From Myxococcales bacterium (GTDB lineage Bacteria; Myxococcota_A; Polyangia; Polyangiales; DASUME01): 64,000 bases of DNA. The notes below the pieces were generated by a model. The model ran no database searches. It saw nothing but the letters and a program-made list of their open reading frames with translations, and was not told the DNA's origin. Positions 59,341 to 64,000 of this stretch are shown here, in pieces; the stretch's first letter is position 1, and each line of letters starts with the position of its first letter. The stretch covers positions 3,360,001-3,424,000 of the forward strand of contig JASGJH010000001.1 of NCBI GenBank assembly GCA_047601445.1, given 5' to 3'. The position numbers and the translations under genes are program-made.

Positions 59341-59444
59341 CCCGAGCGCTGACCGCTCTGAGCTCGCGAGACATCCGGTGGCCTTTTTGCAGCCAGGATG
59401 CCGCGCGGAAAGCTGCACGAAACGGCTCGTCCCTACCCTCCATG

Positions 59445-59461
59445 CTGGCACGCCTGTCGTA
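59445..59461 (+). promoter_or_regulatory. Possible sigma54 promoter upstream of amt
   Basis: CTGGCACG is a perfect -24 box; the -12 (TCGTA) deviates from TTGCW. Confidence 0.3.
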
Positions 59462-59511
59462 CGGGCGCGCTCGGCGCCCCTCGTGCGCCGTTTGACGTGT
59501 GGAGAAGACAG

Positions 59512-60984
59512 GTGGGCGCTGAACCCTCGACCGCGGAACTCGCTCGCTCGTTGAGCGAGACCCAGATCGCCATGAACATCATGTGGACCATGCTGTGCGG
59601 GTTCCTCGTGATGTTCATGCAGGCCGGCTTCGCCATGGTCGAGACGGGCCTCACGCGGGCCAAGAACGTGGCCCACACGATGGGCATGAACTTTCTGGTC
59701 TACAGCATCGGCATCCTGGGATTTTGGGCCGTTGGGTTCGGTCTGCAGATGGGCGGCGTCGGCGCGCTCACCACGTTCGGCGGCGACACTGCACTTTCGC
59801 GCGAGCTGGTCGTGATGTTCGACGGCAAAGAGCACGGTGTGTTCGGTCTGAGCGGCTTCATGCTGCCGCCTTCGATCTTCACGCCAGCGGTCGCCACCAC
59901 GTTCTTCTTCCAAATGATGTTCATGGACACCACCTGCACGATCCCCACGGGGGCTCTGGCGGAGCGCTGGAAATTCGCCTCGTTCATCCTGTTCAGCTTC
60001 GTCATCGCCACCGTGATTTATCCGGTCTATGCCAACTGGGTGTGGGGCGGCGGTTGGCTCTCCTCCCTCGGCAAGAACTACGGCCTGGGTCACGGCCATC
60101 TGGACTTCGCGGGCAGCTCGGTCGTGCATCTCACGGGGGGAGTTCTCTCGCTCGTGTGCTGCAAGCTACTCGGGCCGCGCTACGGCAAGTTCGGACGCCA
60201 GGGCGAGGTGCATGCGCTGCCAGGCCACAACGTGCCGATGACCGTGTGTGGAACCTTCGTGCTGGCCTTCGGGTGGTTCGGCTTCAACGCAGGCTCCACG
60301 CTGGCGGGAACCGACACACGCCTTGCGGTCGTTGCGGTGAACACCATGCTCGCCAGCGCGAGCGGCGCCTTCGCATCGTGCTTGTTCACGTGGTCTCGCT
60401 TCGGCAAACCCGACGTCAGCATGATGTGCAACGGGATGCTGGCTGGCCTCGTCGCAGTGACGGCCTCGTGTGCTTTCGTGTCTTCGCTCTCCGCGCTCGT
60501 GATCGGCGCCATCGGAGGCGTGCTGGTGGTGGTCTCGACGCTGTTCGTGGAGCGCACCCTCCGCATCGACGATCCCGTGGGCGCCATCTCGGTGCACGGC
60601 GTGAACGGACTCTGGGGCATCGTCGCGCTCGGATTGTTCGCTGACGGAACCTACGGAAACGGCTTGAATGGTGTTTCAGGGAATGTGCGGGGCTTGTTCT
60701 ATGGCGACGCGGGCCAGCTCGGAGCCGAGCTCATCGGCATCGTGGCCAACGTCGTGTACGTAGGCATTGCGGGGGTGCTCGCGTTCACGCTGATCGACCG
60801 CCTGGTCGGCAACCGCGCGTCGCTCGACGACGAGATCGGCGGGCTCGATTTGGCGGAAATGGGGATGGAGGGCTACGCCGCCGACCGCCCGCTGACGCCC
60901 GATCTCGAAAGTATGGAAGCCCACAGCTTGGCCCCAGAACGGCCGCCCGCGGTCGCCCGCGCCCTCTCGACTCCGACCGGATAG
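59512..60984 (+). CDS. amt: Ammonium transporter (Amt), copy 1; start uncertain
   Basis: FMQAGFAMVE, AERW, DFAGSSVVH, GWFGFN, DDPVGAISVHG; GGAG before GTG 59512. Confidence 0.95.
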   Translation: MGAEPSTAELARSLSETQIAMNIMWTMLCGFLVMFMQAGFAMVETGLTRAKNVAHTMGMNFLVYSIGILGFWAVGFGLQMGGVGALTTFGGDTALSRELVVMFDGKEHGVFGLSGFMLPPSIFTPAVATTFFFQMMFMDTTCTIPTGALAERWKFASFILFSFVIATVIYPVYANWVWGGGWLSSLGKNYGLGHGHLDFAGSSVVHLTGGVLSLVCCKLLGPRYGKFGRQGEVHALPGHNVPMTVCGTFVLAFGWFGFNAGSTLAGTDTRLAVVAVNTMLASASGAFASCLFTWSRFGKPDVSMMCNGMLAGLVAVTASCAFVSSLSALVIGAIGGVLVVVSTLFVERTLRIDDPVGAISVHGVNGLWGIVALGLFADGTYGNGLNGVSGNVRGLFYGDAGQLGAELIGIVANVVYVGIAGVLAFTLIDRLVGNRASLDDEIGGLDLAEMGMEGYAADRPLTPDLESMEAHSLAPERPPAVARALSTPTG

Positions 60985-61121
60985 GCCCCCAAAGTGCGCT
61001 TTGGCAATCTGCCGGAAACACACTTCGTGCCTACAAGTGCGCCCTGGCCATAGTTATTACTGGGACGAAACTTTCGAGAAATACATCCCGGCTAGTTTCC
61101 CTCCCACGTGGAGGTAACGAA

Positions 61122-62615
61122 ATGAGTGTACGCCAAGCAAGGGCGATGGGATGGCTGGGGCGGGGATTGCTCGCCGCAGGAACGGTTGTGACGAGCGGGC
61201 TCGCTAGCCTGTCCACTGCGTTGGCGGAAGACGCCCCGGCAGACCTCGCGGCGCGCGTCGCCGACCTCGAGGCGTACATGAACAACACCAAGCCTGCCGC
61301 GCTGACGGTGGCAGGTCCTGGTCACAACGCCTGGTTGATGACCAGCGCGGCCCTCGTGCTGTTCATGACGCTGCCTGGCTTGGCCCTCTTCTACGGCGGC
61401 CTCGTGCGTCGCAAGAACATCCTGTCCGTGGTTGCCCAGTGCGGTGCGATGCTCGGCTTGGTCCCGCTGCTGTGGTGGGCCTTCGGTTACAGCATGGCGT
61501 TCGCGCCCGGCAATCCCTTCGTGGGCGGCTTCGACTTGGCCATGCTCAAGGGCGTGGGCGGCGGCACAGGGATGCTGTTCTGGATCTCGGACATCGTCTT
61601 CTGCATGTTCCAGATGATGTTCGCCATCATCACGCCGGCACTCATCGTCGGCGCCATCGCCGAGCGCATGAAGTTCTCCGCACTGGTGGCCTTCCTGGTG
61701 CTCTGGATGGTGGCTGTGTACTTCCCCATGGCGCACATGGTGTGGGGTCCCGGCGGCTTCATGAACGGCATCGGCAACGCCGAGGCGGGCATCAAGGCCA
61801 TCGACTTCGCGGGCGGCACCGTGGTGCACATGACCTCGGGTTGGTCGGCGCTCATCCTCTGCCTGATGCTCGGGCCGCGCGCGGGCTTCGGCAAGCGCCC
61901 CATGGCTCCTCACAGCCTGGCCTTCACCGCCATCGGCACCGGCATGCTCTGGGTCGGCTGGTACGGCTTCAACGCGGGTAGCGCCGGCGCTGCCGATGCG
62001 ATCGCCGCCAACGCCTTCGCCACCACCACGCTCGCCGCTGCCATCGCAGGCGCCACCTGGCCCGCCATCGAGTGGCTCACTCACGGCAAGCCCACCGTGC
62101 TCGGCTTCTGCTCGGGCGTCGTCGCGGGCCTCGTCGTCATCACGCCGGCCGCCGGCTTCGTCACGCCCTCCGCCTCCGTGGCCATGGGCGCCATCGCGGG
62201 CGTCGTGTGCTTCTTCGCCTGCACCAAGCTCAAGGCCGCCCTCAAGTACGACGACGCGCTCGACACCTTCGGCGTCCATGGCGTCGGCGGCACCCTCGGC
62301 GCGGTGCTGACGGGCGTGTTCGCGACCCCCAGCGTCAACTCGGCCATCGAGCCCCTGATGGGTAGCCTGCTCGTGGAGCAGCTCAAGTCCATCGGCTTCA
62401 CGCTCGTCATCTCCGTGGTGTCCACGGTGGTGCTCGCCTCCATCGTCAAGGCCGTCATGGGACTTCGTCCCAACGCGGACGACGAGGAGACCGGCCTCGA
62501 CTACACCGACCACGGCGAGAGCGGCTACCACGACGAGACCGGTGGCGGTCACCTCTCGTTCCCCACGGCGGCTCGCGAAGAGACCGCTGCGGCCGCGGCT
62601 CCGGTCAAGGCCTGA
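61122..62615 (+). CDS. amtB: Ammonium transporter AmtB, copy 2
   Basis: MTLPGLALFYGG, FQMMFA, DFAGGTVVH, GWYGFNAGS, YDDALDTFGVHG, GLD..DHGE. Confidence 0.95.
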   Translation: MSVRQARAMGWLGRGLLAAGTVVTSGLASLSTALAEDAPADLAARVADLEAYMNNTKPAALTVAGPGHNAWLMTSAALVLFMTLPGLALFYGGLVRRKNILSVVAQCGAMLGLVPLLWWAFGYSMAFAPGNPFVGGFDLAMLKGVGGGTGMLFWISDIVFCMFQMMFAIITPALIVGAIAERMKFSALVAFLVLWMVAVYFPMAHMVWGPGGFMNGIGNAEAGIKAIDFAGGTVVHMTSGWSALILCLMLGPRAGFGKRPMAPHSLAFTAIGTGMLWVGWYGFNAGSAGAADAIAANAFATTTLAAAIAGATWPAIEWLTHGKPTVLGFCSGVVAGLVVITPAAGFVTPSASVAMGAIAGVVCFFACTKLKAALKYDDALDTFGVHGVGGTLGAVLTGVFATPSVNSAIEPLMGSLLVEQLKSIGFTLVISVVSTVVLASIVKAVMGLRPNADDEETGLDYTDHGESGYHDETGGGHLSFPTAAREETAAAAAPVKA

Positions 62616-62643
62616 TCCGACGCCCACGCTGGGCACCTCGAGG

Positions 62644-62676
62644 GGCCGCGGTGGAGACGCCGCGGCCTTCGCTTTT
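62644..62676 (+). terminator. Probable intrinsic terminator after amtB
   Basis: Stem ggccgcgg/ccgcggcc followed by ttcgctttt. Confidence 0.6.
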
Positions 62677-62716
62677 CCGTCGAGCGCTCTCCGTCAGTCG
62701 CTCTACGGCGGGCTCA

Positions 62717-63349
62717 TCACTCCTTGAGCGTGACCTTGAAGGGTTGGCTGATCTCCTGGAACACGGCCAACGCCTCCAGCTGTGCGGCGTCTGCCGAGAG
62801 GCGCGGCCAACGCTCGAGTTCGAGCAAACCTGGCAGAGCCTCCGTGGTGAAGCGCAGGACACACGCCACGGCGATGTCGGCGTGACTCAGCTGCGAGCCC
62901 AGCCAGTGCGGCGCCATGGACTCGCGTCGCTCGGACTCGAGGAGATCGAGCGTGTCCGTGATCTGGGCGCGACAGCGGTCACTCCACACGGCCGACGGAC
63001 GATCACGCAACACCCCCTCGTAAACCAAGCTCACGGCCTTGTCCCCGAGGCCCGTCGCGAAGCTGATCACGCGCAGTCCCCGTCGGCGCGCGGGGCCCGA
63101 GCGCGGCAAGAGCTGCTGCTCGGGCTCCACGCGCTGGTCGAGCTCGTCGAGGATGGTGGCACTTTCGATCAAGCTGGTGCCGTCGGGGAGCACCAGCACG
63201 GGCACGCGGCGCAGAGGGTTGAAGGCCGCCAGGCGATCGGCGTCGCCCCATACGGACCACGGGCGGTGCTCGAAGGGGATGCCGTAGAGGCGCATGGCGA
63301 TGCCGACACGGCGCACGAATGGGGAGTCGAACTGACCGATGAGGATCAT
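62717..63349 (-). CDS. Glutathione S-transferase family protein
   Basis: SPFVRRV, NPLRRVPVL, ESATI, ADIA. Confidence 0.92.
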   Translation of the reverse strand: MILIGQFDSPFVRRVGIAMRLYGIPFEHRPWSVWGDADRLAAFNPLRRVPVLVLPDGTSLIESATILDELDQRVEPEQQLLPRSGPARRRGLRVISFATGLGDKAVSLVYEGVLRDRPSAVWSDRCRAQITDTLDLLESERRESMAPHWLGSQLSHADIAVACVLRFTTEALPGLLELERWPRLSADAAQLEALAVFQEISQPFKVTLKE

Positions 63350-63513
63350 GGGAGGCACCTTAGGCGATCGCGCCTGGAGCGTCCCGGGTGAGGATCAAGG
63401 CTGATGAGCCTGACGGGGGCCTGGGCGATCGCTCGGGAAAAGCGCCGGCTCCCTCTCGGGCGTAACACCTGAGCACTTGTCAAGGGGATCAGGGCACGCG
63501 ATATCTCAGCGTC

Positions 63514-64000
63514 GTGATCACCATCGTCGCCGAAAAGCCCTCCGTTGCCCGCGATATCGGGCGCGTATTGGGCGCCACCCAGCGAGGCGATGGCATGCTG
63601 CGCGGCGGGGGCTATGCGGTGACCTGGGCGGTCGGCCATCTGGTCGCACTGGCCGAGCCGGAGCGGGTCGACCCACGCTGGAAGTCGTGGCGCTTCGACT
63701 ATCTCCCCATGCTGCCGGAGCAGTGGCCGCTCTACGTGGTGGAGTCCACACGCGCGCAGTTCGAGGTCGTGCGTCGCTTGATCACGGCCCCCGAGACCAC
63801 CCAGGTCGTGTGCGCCACGGACGCGGGGCGCGAAGGGGAGCTCATCTTCCGCTACATCGCCGAGCTCGCCGAGCTGCGCAAGCCGGTCAAGCGCCTGTGG
63901 ATCTCGTCGCTCACCGACGAGGCGATTCGCGCGGGCTTCGAGCGCCTGCGCGGCGGGGCCGAGTTCGACGCGCTGGCCGACGCGGCGCGCGGACGCAGCC
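63514..64000 (+). CDS. topB: DNA topoisomerase III (3' partial, runs off the window)
   Basis: Own translation gives IVAEKPSVARDI, VTWAVGHL, CATDAGREGELIF, RLWISSLT. Absent from the ORF track because there is no stop in the window. Confidence 0.92.
   Translation, partial: MITIVAEKPSVARDIGRVLGATQRGDGMLRGGGYAVTWAVGHLVALAEPERVDPRWKSWRFDYLPMLPEQWPLYVVESTRAQFEVVRRLITAPETTQVVCATDAGREGELIFRYIAELAELRKPVKRLWISSLTDEAIRAGFERLRGGAEFDALADAARGRS

Overview
High-GC bacterial chromosomal segment, most likely from a myxobacterium (Myxococcota, Polyangiales-like). This is inferred from eukaryote-like Ser/Thr kinases, Cys-rich lipoproteins with DAG/GDGDG linkers, a TSP3 beta-barrel protein and kinase-TPR cassettes. 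It holds about 50 CDSs, mostly housekeeping or metabolic (hflX, ttcA, dapD, add, TatD, tcdA, gcvPB, ccmC, rarA, alr, two amt genes, partial topB). No rRNA, tRNA, CRISPR array or transposase was seen. The best candidate for a new system is a compact MNIO (DUF692) RiPP locus at 22.1-24.3 kb. It comprises an 84-aa lipoprotein-type precursor with three S-C-G motifs, the DUF692 enzyme and a DUF2063-like partner, preceded by an ECF-type promoter (TGTAAC-N17-CGTA). It looks like a lipid-anchored relative of bufferins/oxazolins. Seven genes carry single-base insertions, all at GATC sites (six are GATC>GATTC). This is probably a modification-linked sequencing artefact rather than real gene decay. Other notable items: a paralogous pair of Cys-rich lipoproteins (one with a 43-aa repeat), a giant CtpH/CtpI-type P-type ATPase, an HKD-less DrmC-like protein, a secreted atypical kinase, a GNAT-HDAC fusion, a DHH protein with reordered motifs, two small membrane ORFs below the ORF-track cutoff, and two dispersed intergenic repeat families. 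All product calls come from motif recognition by eye; no database search was run.
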